Shown here: positions 1 to 8,574 of the stretch, piece by piece
How positions within the stretch are numbered: the stretch's first letter is position 1
Layout of the letters: each line of letters starts with the position of its first letter
NCBI GenBank assembly: GCA_963674735.2
Contig: CAXXQS010000001.1
Span: 960,001-1,024,000 of the forward strand
DNA: 64,000 bases
Direction: 5' to 3'
Origin: Myxococcota bacterium
Lineage (GTDB): Bacteria; Myxococcota_A; SURF-8
Notes under the pieces: model-generated
Seen by the model: only the letters and a program-made list of their open reading frames with translations
Databases searched by the model: none
What the model was told of the DNA's origin: nothing
Position numbers and translations under genes: made by a program

Positions 1-181
1 CATGCGGAGCGGCTTCTCTGCTCTTTATTGGCTAATGTAAAACTTTAAGGATAGGTGTCTTTTTGCAGCAACAGAAAGTGCCTGGAGATCTGTTTGAACC
101 ACTCCAACGGCTAGACTGTGTTTTCGTGAAACTCATTCAAACAGCAAAGGCGTGAGTGCGCCTAATGCTTTCGGAAACTCG

Positions 182-1048
182 TCACTTGGTTTTTTCGGAG
201 GATTTGGTTGTCTTTTTCAGTTTGGTTGTTTTCTTGGGTGTAGCTTTTACCGTGCTTTTAGCTTTCACGCTTTTTGCGGGTGTCGCCTTTTGGGTGGCTT
301 TAGTCTTTGATGTTTTGGCTGGCTTAGCGGCCGCTTTGGTTGGTTTGGCGGCCGCTTTGGTTGGTTTGGCGGCCGCTTTGGTTGGTTTGGCCGCCGCTTT
401 GGTTGGCTTGGCTGCCGCTTTGGTTGGCTTGGCTGCCGCTTTGGTTGGTTTAGCCGCCGCTTTGGTTGGTTTAGCCGCCGCTTTAGTTGATTTAGCTGCC
501 GTTTTGGTTGTTTTACGGCCTGCAGGAACGGTCCCGCCGGATTCTTCGAGTTTTTTAAGTTTCTTTACAAATTCCAAGACGGCTTTTGCATGACCGGCAA
601 TTTTCATTCTCTCAAAAATCTTCTTTATTTTCCCATCCTTGCCGATAACGAAGGTGGTACGGCGCACGCTTGTAAAGGTTTGTCCAAGCAGCGTTTTTTC
701 ACGCCAGACTCCATACTTGGTGGCCACTTTGGAACCGGTGTCGACCAAAAGTGGGAAGGTCAATTTATTCTTCTTACAGAATGCTCGATGACTTTCCATG
801 CTGTCGGGGCTGATGCCTAAAACGATTGTGCCGTTTCGATTGAATTGCGTCTTATAGTTTTGAAATTCCAGGCCTTCCTGCTTGCATCCCGGTGTGTTAT
901 CCTTGGGATAGAAATACAGGATAACGATATTGGCGTTTTTGAAATCTTCCAGACGAACTTTGACTCCGGTTGTAGCCGCCAGAAAGAATTTGGGTGCATC
1001 CATTCCTTCAGACAAATGCGTACCTTTTGCTTTTTTCGCTTCAGCCAT
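182..1048 (-). CDS. bcp: Peroxiredoxin Q/BCP with a C-terminal histone H1-like Lys/Ala/Pro/Thr-rich tail
   Basis: YFYPKDNTPGC peroxidatic motif, GISPD and RTTFVIGKDGKI. Start taken at MAEAKK (1048), which follows an AAGGTG RBS. The tail contains (P/S)TKAAAK x8. Confidence 0.9.
   Translation of the reverse strand: MAEAKKAKGTHLSEGMDAPKFFLAATTGVKVRLEDFKNANIVILYFYPKDNTPGCKQEGLEFQNYKTQFNRNGTIVLGISPDSMESHRAFCKKNKLTFPLLVDTGSKVATKYGVWREKTLLGQTFTSVRRTTFVIGKDGKIKKIFERMKIAGHAKAVLEFVKKLKKLEESGGTVPAGRKTTKTAAKSTKAAAKPTKAAAKPTKAAAKPTKAAAKPTKAAAKPTKAAAKPTKAAAKPTKAAAKPAKTSKTKATQKATPAKSVKAKSTVKATPKKTTKLKKTTKSSEKTK
322..500. repeat. 21-bp coding tandem repeat (about 8 units) encoding PTKAAAK
   Basis: The unit gccgctttggttggtttggc(g/c) recurs with synonymous variation. 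Confidence 0.9.
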
Positions 1049-1160
1049 AAAAACACCTTTCGAAACGCGCCGGACTTTCGGCAAGAGAATCAGAAACTTA
1101 GACCTATATATGTTACACCATTGCAGGGCTGAGAGCAAACGAAAATACCGGAAACGGCGA

Positions 1161-3023
1161 TTAGTCGACCCATGTTTCGTGAATATGTTGGTGTTTGTCG
1201 AGTGGGAAAATCAGACGCACGATGGTTCGATTGTCCTCTCGGCGTAATTCGAGACGGCCTCCATATTGTGAAACGACATGATTGACAAAAGCCAACCCCA
1301 GTCCCACGTGATGGTCCGGATCGGTTGTGTAAAATGGATCTGCCAGGCGAGGGGTTGATTCCGGGTCGAAACCGGGTCCCTTATCTTCGATTTGGATCTC
1401 CAGCCGTCGTCGTCCACTTGATAACGTTCGGTATTGGGAGCGGATATTTACCTGTGGGGGATCGGGTGAGAGGGTTGCCCAGTGGGTCGCGTTGTCAAGC
1501 AAGTGTAGGAAAAGTTGGATAAATGAACGGCGCGACCCGCTCAGCGTGGCGGCCGGCGAGCCGTAATCCGTGTGGATGGTGATGTTTGCCTGTGAAATTC
1601 GATCGCTGAGAATGTTGAGCGCGGGCTTGATCAAATCTTCGACAGGTATACGCTCGTGTTCTTCGTCTTTATCTCCCACTTCCAGACCGGTGAGTGCATC
1701 GCCCAGAGACGAGAGTAAATCTCTGAGTCTTTGAAACTCCGATTGCAACGAGTCTCGGTCGGCTTCGGACAAGGGTTCGTTCGACAATTGATGCAGAACC
1801 GTGTTCAAACGATCGAGAGGGTCCAATGTCTTGGACGCGATCTGAGCCTGTAGATCGGAAATCGCGGCCAATTGTGTTGCCCGCTGCAATCGATACTCCA
1901 TGCCGTACAGATGCGAAGTGTCTGATATCACAATTAAAACACCCGTCGGTCGGGCTTCGGTTCTAATGAGGCGAATCAGAAACTCCGCTTCAAATGTCGA
2001 TCCGTTGGAGCGAACCGCGCGGATCTGGTAGTGCTCGGGAACATCGCCGCCTTCTAGACGGACGCTGTTATCCGCGACAATCAGCGGACGATTGTCGGCA
2101 TGAATCAGAGACGTGTAATGCAGCTTCTGTGAGTCGGCCGGGGCGATACCGAACATCTCGAAAAAAGCCGCATTGGTTTCCACCAGGAAGCCCTTCTCAT
2201 CCAACAGGAGGACCGTCGAGGGGAGAAGGGAAAGCAACGCTTCATGTTTGGTTTTAGTGACGTGCAACGACCGGCTCAGTTCGTCCACCGAACGGAAGAT
2301 ATCGAAAGTATTTCGGGTTTCGTCGCGGATACCACTTTCTCGTTGGATGTAAAAAGAGAGGGGTGGGGCAATCAAGGCGGCCATCACCCACTTTCCAATG
2401 CCTTGTGTGAGTAAGTCGACCCAGTAACTGGTTTCGCCGATCGTTGTTCCCGTAACGAAAATCAGAGAATCGAGTGTGAGAGCGACGGCTAACGCGAGGA
2501 AGAGCTTCAGAGTCGGAGAACGGTGGGGTAGGCGATTTTGCAGAAACTGGTAGACTAAAATCAGTACGACCATATCCGCCACCAAGGCTACGCTCGACCA
2601 GACAAGCTCCTGCCAATGCAAGGCGAGAAAGCTTTGGGGCAGAGGATACGGCAAAGGAGGTGATGCTTTGATGAGCCCCTGAGTGAAGACTTCAAGCAGC
2701 AGAAAGAGGGCCTGAAGAGCGACAACGGACACAATCAGGCGGCGCGCCATACGAGCCCCATCGGAAACATACACCAGCAGTAAGGCAGCGAAAATCGAGG
2801 AAAAATAGGCCACAGAAGCAACCGGAATATCCAATTCGCCGAACTGCAGAGTGTCGATGCCGAGACGAGTCATCCACCACATGTAAATCAGTAACCCACC
2901 GACCAAGATGAAGTAGAGGTCCAGTCCGTAACGACGGCGCAGACGATGAGCTCCGATCAGGGCGAACAGGATGGCGTAGGCCTGCAACAACACTAGTCCG
3001 AGACGCAGGAAATTATCAAGCAT
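1161..3023 (-). CDS. Membrane sensor: VUT/YhhQ-like multi-TM domain + PAS + histidine-kinase-type ATPase; H-box histidine absent
   Basis: About 6-7 hydrophobic segments including LDSLIFV; PAS (LIHADNR...RSNGS); HLLDNA, EDKGPGF, DPFYTT and GLGL boxes. Confidence 0.75.
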   Translation of the reverse strand: MLDNFLRLGLVLLQAYAILFALIGAHRLRRRYGLDLYFILVGGLLIYMWWMTRLGIDTLQFGELDIPVASVAYFSSIFAALLLVYVSDGARMARRLIVSVVALQALFLLLEVFTQGLIKASPPLPYPLPQSFLALHWQELVWSSVALVADMVVLILVYQFLQNRLPHRSPTLKLFLALAVALTLDSLIFVTGTTIGETSYWVDLLTQGIGKWVMAALIAPPLSFYIQRESGIRDETRNTFDIFRSVDELSRSLHVTKTKHEALLSLLPSTVLLLDEKGFLVETNAAFFEMFGIAPADSQKLHYTSLIHADNRPLIVADNSVRLEGGDVPEHYQIRAVRSNGSTFEAEFLIRLIRTEARPTGVLIVISDTSHLYGMEYRLQRATQLAAISDLQAQIASKTLDPLDRLNTVLHQLSNEPLSEADRDSLQSEFQRLRDLLSSLGDALTGLEVGDKDEEHERIPVEDLIKPALNILSDRISQANITIHTDYGSPAATLSGSRRSFIQLFLHLLDNATHWATLSPDPPQVNIRSQYRTLSSGRRRLEIQIEDKGPGFDPESTPRLADPFYTTDPDHHVGLGLAFVNHVVSQYGGRLELRREDNRTIVRLIFPLDKHQHIHETWVD

Positions 3024-3068
3024 GGACTTTCTCCGGATTCATCGAACGCTCCGATCGGGCCGTTTGGT

Positions 3069-5420
3069 TTAGGGTTGCCAGCTTTTACAGCATCGAAAAC
3101 CGACCACCCAGCTTGATTCCGAAATAGCCAAATCGTCACTGCAGGTCGAGTCGATGTTCGCGGAAAATCCTCTTGGTGACATCGCAATATGTCCGGGGGC
3201 ATCGTCGAATTCAACATATTCTCCGACATTGCCGCTTAAATCGAAATGGCCGTTGGATGAGCTACAAAGATAAAGAGAGCCGGACGGGGTGAAGGTGTCG
3301 TACGGGTCCGGTGCGTTGTAGTTACGGTCGTTACACCATGATATGTGGTAATCGTCACCATATGGGTAAATTGTCTGGTCTTCACCCTGGCAGGCGCTTA
3401 ACCACTCCGATTGCTTGCACAGTCGTTTTCCAACGAGTGAACAGGCTAATTGGGCTTCGCCGGGTGTGATCTCGGTCCAGGGTTGACGACCGGGGCGACT
3501 AAAGGCCGAGTCGCCGGAATTGCAAGGTGAGTTGGTGTAGGTGGCGGCATCGCAGGACGCTTCATATCGGTCCATGCAGACTTCCAAACCGGGTAAGGGG
3601 GCCATTCCGGCCGGGCAGGGACTGATATCACAGTAGCCCTGTTCCACGAAAACGGAAAAACCACCCAAATTATCATCCGTGTAGCCATCGTTGATGCCGA
3701 GATACAGCGAGCCGAATTCACCGGCGACAAGCAAATGGCGATCGCCGGCGTAAAAAGGGGTTCCATTGATGTTGATTTTGGCGATCAAACTATAGGGCAG
3801 GGCGCTTTCGTCCGGGCAGTCCGGGCAATCGTGCTCGGCAAGCCCGCTGCTTGTGATACAACCGGTGATTTCCGAGGGAGAGGCGCAGCCGCCCGGGTCG
3901 ACGAACAAACTTTCGCCGCTTTGCAGCACCACCGTCGTCCCCGACCAAGCTTGATGGGCCGGAACCTGGATGATTTGGCGCTTGCAAAGCCGACTGCAGT
4001 CCGGTGCGGGATCCGGGGTGAATTCGATGCAGGGTTGGGTGCTTGCGGCGAAATATGCGGTTTCTTCGGCGGAAACAGCACGTTCCGACAGGTATAGATT
4101 GTCCAGGCTGCCTTTGAAGAAGCGCTCGGGGCTGTCATCTGTATTCAAGGCTGCGCCAATGGTCAGTGGAGCCGCGCTACTGTCGATCAACTGTTGGGTG
4201 GGCAACTCGGCCGGGATCGCAGAAGGTTCTCCATTCTGATACAAATTAAGTGTGGTCCCGTCGAAGGTGGCCGCGATATGATGCCAAAGGCCGCTTGACA
4301 GAGTTTCGCCTTCGATAATCCGGTCTCGGTTGGAGGTTCGGATGCGAAAAACCGGTTTCCCGTTTTCGATGGCCAGCTCGAAGACGGGTGGACTGCCTTT
4401 CGCGATCAAGGTTTGGTTGCCAGACGGCTCACCGTCGAGAAGAACGTGAGCCATCAAGGTGATACCTTCGGTGTAAGGGGCGGCCGATTCAGGCAGAACG
4501 GTGCGGCTGCTGTAGCCATTGAAGCGCAATGCACCGTCCCGTTCGTCGTAATGCTGAAACGCAGCTGAGCCTGAACTCAGCGATTGACGGCATAGGTAGT
4601 CGGGTGTGGCGACGGAGGAATGGGTGTCGAAACTGTAAAGCTGCATTTGACCCGTTGCGGTGCAGGCGATGTTCAGACAGTACCCATCCAGGCATTGTTC
4701 AGCTCCCGAGCATTCAGTGGTGGTGTATCCCAAACCATCTTCGTCGCAAAGACGGGCGATTTGACCCTCGCAATCGCGTGAGTAGGGTGTACAGAGTGGG
4801 TCTTCGCAAACTCCTGTGGCGGGGTTACAGAGCTGTTTTCCTTGGCAAATTTCTTGTTCGAATCCCGAACCGTCGCTTCGGCAACGGCGGGAGGCGACGT
4901 TGGAGACACATTCCGTGCAGTCGGGGAAGCAGGCCATGCCATCCGGCGCGGGTGGACATTCGGCCACCGGTTCCTCATCGTCTGCGTCGTTTTCGGAATC
5001 CGAATCGGAATCGCCATCGGTGTCAGGTTCATCATTTGCGACGCAGCGATCCTCTACGCAGATTTGATCGGATTGACATTCTTCGCAACCGATCCGGCAA
5101 ACGCGGTAGAGCGAATCGCAATACGACTGCGGATCCCAGTTTTCGCAATGGGCATCGGCGAGGCACTCAACGCAGCGACCTGATTCTAGATGGCAATATC
5201 CTTCGATGCAATCGGTATTGACGCGGCAGGATTTGATGCAGCGTTTTGCGGCGGAGCAAAATTTGCCTGCCTCGCAATCGAGATCGGTGGCGCATTCCGC
5301 CAAGGCTTCGCCATCCCCGTCGGCAGGCGAGATGTCGGCTTCTTCGTTGCCCCCGCAACCGACTACGAACAAACCGAAGAGGCACAGGCACAGGAGGAAC
5401 CGGATGACATATCGTGACAT
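3069..5420 (-). CDS. Multidomain lipoprotein: Cys-rich repeats, LamG-like jelly-roll, lectin-like module and C-terminal FGE/SUMF1-like domain
   Basis: Lipobox FVVGC; WHHIAATFDGTTLNLYQNG...FKGSLDNL (LamG); CMDRYE, GKRLC, YPYG, DLSGNVGE, GFRCC (FGE-sulfatase-like). Confidence 0.75.
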   Translation of the reverse strand: MSRYVIRFLLCLCLFGLFVVGCGGNEEADISPADGDGEALAECATDLDCEAGKFCSAAKRCIKSCRVNTDCIEGYCHLESGRCVECLADAHCENWDPQSYCDSLYRVCRIGCEECQSDQICVEDRCVANDEPDTDGDSDSDSENDADDEEPVAECPPAPDGMACFPDCTECVSNVASRRCRSDGSGFEQEICQGKQLCNPATGVCEDPLCTPYSRDCEGQIARLCDEDGLGYTTTECSGAEQCLDGYCLNIACTATGQMQLYSFDTHSSVATPDYLCRQSLSSGSAAFQHYDERDGALRFNGYSSRTVLPESAAPYTEGITLMAHVLLDGEPSGNQTLIAKGSPPVFELAIENGKPVFRIRTSNRDRIIEGETLSSGLWHHIAATFDGTTLNLYQNGEPSAIPAELPTQQLIDSSAAPLTIGAALNTDDSPERFFKGSLDNLYLSERAVSAEETAYFAASTQPCIEFTPDPAPDCSRLCKRQIIQVPAHQAWSGTTVVLQSGESLFVDPGGCASPSEITGCITSSGLAEHDCPDCPDESALPYSLIAKININGTPFYAGDRHLLVAGEFGSLYLGINDGYTDDNLGGFSVFVEQGYCDISPCPAGMAPLPGLEVCMDRYEASCDAATYTNSPCNSGDSAFSRPGRQPWTEITPGEAQLACSLVGKRLCKQSEWLSACQGEDQTIYPYGDDYHISWCNDRNYNAPDPYDTFTPSGSLYLCSSSNGHFDLSGNVGEYVEFDDAPGHIAMSPRGFSANIDSTCSDDLAISESSWVVGFRCCKSWQP

Positions 5421-5547
5421 TCGCGTCGTCCTAACTTGGTCGGAATCAATCGGTACGAAAAGCGTACCGGGAAAATTTCCTAATCATTTAGTCGATCATA
5501 ATTTAGACGCAGATGAAAGTAAAGCGAGTCCTTGGTGCAAACAACAC

Positions 5548-5574
5548 AAAACCCCGCCGCAAGTCGCGACGGGG
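5548..5574 (-). terminator. Probable intrinsic terminator downstream of the 920-aa lipoprotein
   Basis: ccccg...cgggg hairpin with a T-run on the minus strand. Confidence 0.5.
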
Positions 5575-5598
5575 CTGAAAAATAGAGTTGGAATCGTT

Positions 5599-8361
5599 TT
5601 AAAAAGCCGCCTTTTCGAAGGTAAATTCGAAGGCTGCCGGTAAACGTTCAGGTAGCGCTTGATCGGTTTCGATTCCATAGATGCCTTTGATCAGGTTTGC
5701 CGATCCTTCCTGATCGATCCCTCCCACTGTCATCACAATATCAATTAACTCCTGAGCGACGATTTCTCCGTCGATGGTGCCCAGAGAAATGGCCGATACC
5801 TGTTCGTCCGACAAAGCGAGGTCCAGGTGGTAAGTCGGTTCGAAGAGCGATAAGTCTCCGATTTCATTGCCAGATGCATCGTGAACCGTAATTGAGAAAA
5901 GCAGGCTGGTTGCATCCCAGTTCGTTCCGTCAAGCGTGCCGCTGATAGTCTGTTCCGATTCCGGGTCGGGGGTGAGATTCTGGTTGTAATCCTGAGCGAC
6001 AATCAGGTCCATGGTTCCTGATTGAACCGAGACATTCCGAATGCCGAAGAGCATTTGCGGCATGAAACCCGATATGACGCTACCGGCCAGGATGTCGTCC
6101 GGTTGTGTGACGCGCGTATGGTCCTTATCGGTGATAAAAAGGGCGTCAGGGACATTCTCCCAATCTTCGACCAGGGTATCGAATACCTGACCGATCAGGC
6201 TTTCGAGTTGATCGTCACGGCGGGTCCAGAAATGGCCGGTACTGGTTTGCCAGATGTAACCGAATTGATAGGAGGTCAAGCTATCTTTTTCGCGACAGAG
6301 GTACTCGGCCGGATAACGGTAGCAGTTCTCCATGTCATTGAAATAGCTAAGCATTTCTTCGGTAATGGCTTTGGCTTTGGCTAACTCTGCTTCGGCTGAT
6401 TGCTGGGCCTGGGTTTTGATTGCGGCGTCCGGCTCTTCCTCGGCTGCGATGGCGCGTTTTTTCTCTTTATCCCAGTCGCGGGCGGCGATCACACCGGCGT
6501 AAATCGCCAATACATGTTCGATTCGATGAGCATAGACATCCAGGCCTACGCTCAGTTCGCTCAGACGGCAGTCCGCTTCGGATTCGGCGGAGACCGATGC
6601 TTCAAGTCCCTCGAAGGCGGCTTGGTACTCGGTGAGCATCGTTTCGAGATAGTCGTAATCAGTCGATTTCCACGTTGAGAATTCCGAGTCTTCGAGAGCG
6701 AGGATCTTTTTCAACGCAGGTTTGGGACGTCGTGCCAGGATTCCGGCCTGTTCGCCGATTTCGTCCTGCTGCAATTCTCCGGCGATGTAGAAATAAATCA
6801 GGGGATTTTCTTCGTAGAAATGTTTGACTTGCAGATCTCCCATCGCTTTCAACATCCCGATGAGCGACTCGCCGCGCTCGCCATAAAGCGGCTTGAGCCA
6901 GTCGAGATAACGTTCCCAGGTGATAGAGGCGTCGAAGGTGGATTGAGTGAGGAAATGGTCGTACATCCAGTAGGTCCACTCGCGTCCGGATGTGAAGGTG
7001 ACGTGCCCGGAAATGTCGTAGTTTGGCAGGATCTCCGTCATGTCATAATCGCGAGAATAGCCGTAGATCGGCAGTACGAGCGGGGCGTTATTATCGAAGC
7101 CCAGCCACCATGCGGTTTCAGGAAAGTAGACAAGTTCTCGTTTTCCATCGGCTTCTTCGATAAAATCGCGTTGCTGGTGGAAGGTTTCGCAGCTATAAAC
7201 CGGCGCGTCATGCTCCATGTCGTAAAACATCGTGGTGTGGACGAAAGCCCCCAGATTGGTGTCGGCTTGCAGCGGCAGGTGGTAGTAGTACCCGCCCGTT
7301 TCGGATTCGAGGTCGCAGGTGGTGTGAATCCAGGCGAACGCATCGATGTTCGGGTAACTTTCCGCTAAATAGCCGACTGCAATATCAAGCCACTCAAGCA
7401 TGTCGCTATCGGCGGGTTTGGTGAATTCGCTGGAGCCGATCTGGAGACCCAGAAAGTCGAAATCGGCACGGGCGAACTGATCGAGTGTTTCGCGGATCTG
7501 AACCTCGTCGGCTACGGTCTCGCCGCTATCGGGATCGACGTAGTCTTCGCGGATGATCTTGAAGCCGTTTTGCTGCTGGTCGACGAAGCTGACCACGCAA
7601 CCAACCTCAATGTCATATTTGTGGGCTTCTGCGATGACGCTGCTGATATAGGACCACCAGTTCTCCAGGTCAACGGTCTTCAGCATGTGGAAGCTCATCA
7701 TGTTTTGGCGATTGCGTGCCATCCAGCGGATGTAATTGGAGAGATACTCGCGCAGTTCGCCTTGTTCGCCTTTGAGATACCAGTCACTGGCGATAATCGG
7801 GTGTTGGGTGTGTTCGTGGAAGCCGCGCTTATCGAAACGGGGCGTGATGATCGCGTTGCCGTAATCCCAAGGTAAAGTGGCAGCGGAATCGGAGGGAAAG
7901 AAGCTTTCTTCCGGGTGATAATAGCGTGCGCCCAGATCGTGCGCTATTTGGTACAAACCATACATCGCCCCGGTTTGACCGGCGGCCGTGACGGTCAACC
8001 CCGCCTCCTTGTCCCCGTTCGCGAAGGGGGCGATGCTGAAACCTTGCGGGCCATACTCGGAAGAATCGATCCATTCGACCCGGATGAAGCGTCGGATAAT
8101 CGGGGTTCCAGAGTCACTGGGCGGTTCCAAGGCGGCCCCGGTGATTGCCTGCATGGCGGACCGGAGATCCTGCGCAGCATCCATGAGACCGTCTTCGGCA
8201 TCTTCCGGCAACTGGATCTCGATGGCCAGAATGCCGTTGACCGCTAAAAGCGGGGGCGTTTCGACCGGTCCATCGTCGACGTTGTCGGAGGAAGAGGAAC
8301 ACCCCCACAATGAGAGCAAAAATACGATTGCGAGGATGCTTTGGAAACAAATCTTCGGCAT
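5599..8361 (-). CDS. Large lipoprotein of unknown function, possibly glycoside-hydrolase-like (GH20/GH67-type N-terminal domain plus barrel)
   Basis: Lipobox SLWGC; the QGFSI...GAMYGLY...PRFDKRG pattern resembles the hexosaminidase domain-2/barrel junction. Confidence 0.6.
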   Translation of the reverse strand: MPKICFQSILAIVFLLSLWGCSSSSDNVDDGPVETPPLLAVNGILAIEIQLPEDAEDGLMDAAQDLRSAMQAITGAALEPPSDSGTPIIRRFIRVEWIDSSEYGPQGFSIAPFANGDKEAGLTVTAAGQTGAMYGLYQIAHDLGARYYHPEESFFPSDSAATLPWDYGNAIITPRFDKRGFHEHTQHPIIASDWYLKGEQGELREYLSNYIRWMARNRQNMMSFHMLKTVDLENWWSYISSVIAEAHKYDIEVGCVVSFVDQQQNGFKIIREDYVDPDSGETVADEVQIRETLDQFARADFDFLGLQIGSSEFTKPADSDMLEWLDIAVGYLAESYPNIDAFAWIHTTCDLESETGGYYYHLPLQADTNLGAFVHTTMFYDMEHDAPVYSCETFHQQRDFIEEADGKRELVYFPETAWWLGFDNNAPLVLPIYGYSRDYDMTEILPNYDISGHVTFTSGREWTYWMYDHFLTQSTFDASITWERYLDWLKPLYGERGESLIGMLKAMGDLQVKHFYEENPLIYFYIAGELQQDEIGEQAGILARRPKPALKKILALEDSEFSTWKSTDYDYLETMLTEYQAAFEGLEASVSAESEADCRLSELSVGLDVYAHRIEHVLAIYAGVIAARDWDKEKKRAIAAEEEPDAAIKTQAQQSAEAELAKAKAITEEMLSYFNDMENCYRYPAEYLCREKDSLTSYQFGYIWQTSTGHFWTRRDDQLESLIGQVFDTLVEDWENVPDALFITDKDHTRVTQPDDILAGSVISGFMPQMLFGIRNVSVQSGTMDLIVAQDYNQNLTPDPESEQTISGTLDGTNWDATSLLFSITVHDASGNEIGDLSLFEPTYHLDLALSDEQVSAISLGTIDGEIVAQELIDIVMTVGGIDQEGSANLIKGIYGIETDQALPERLPAAFEFTFEKAAF

Positions 8362-8574
8362 ACTAATTCTCCGAATGACGGGTGGTTCAGGAAAGGTTCA
8401 ATCAATGGAAGCCTGGATCATTGTATCCGTATTGGGGATGACGTCAAACATGAATGGTTCGGAAACCGTTGGTTTGTAAAATTCCGGTTTGCCGATGAAT
8501 GCTTGACAGGGTTCCTTTTTGGGGGGATGAATTGAGAAAGGGTTGAATCGACTCCTTAATCTAATGGGAAGGTT

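Noticed and set aside
322-500. Regular short repeats resembling a CRISPR array
   Set aside because: They are head-to-tail 21-mers with no spacers, in frame within a CDS, and no cas genes are present.
156-593. 145-aa hydrophobic ORF with LAAALVG repeats
   Set aside because: It is the antisense shadow of the PTKAAAK repeat in bcp.
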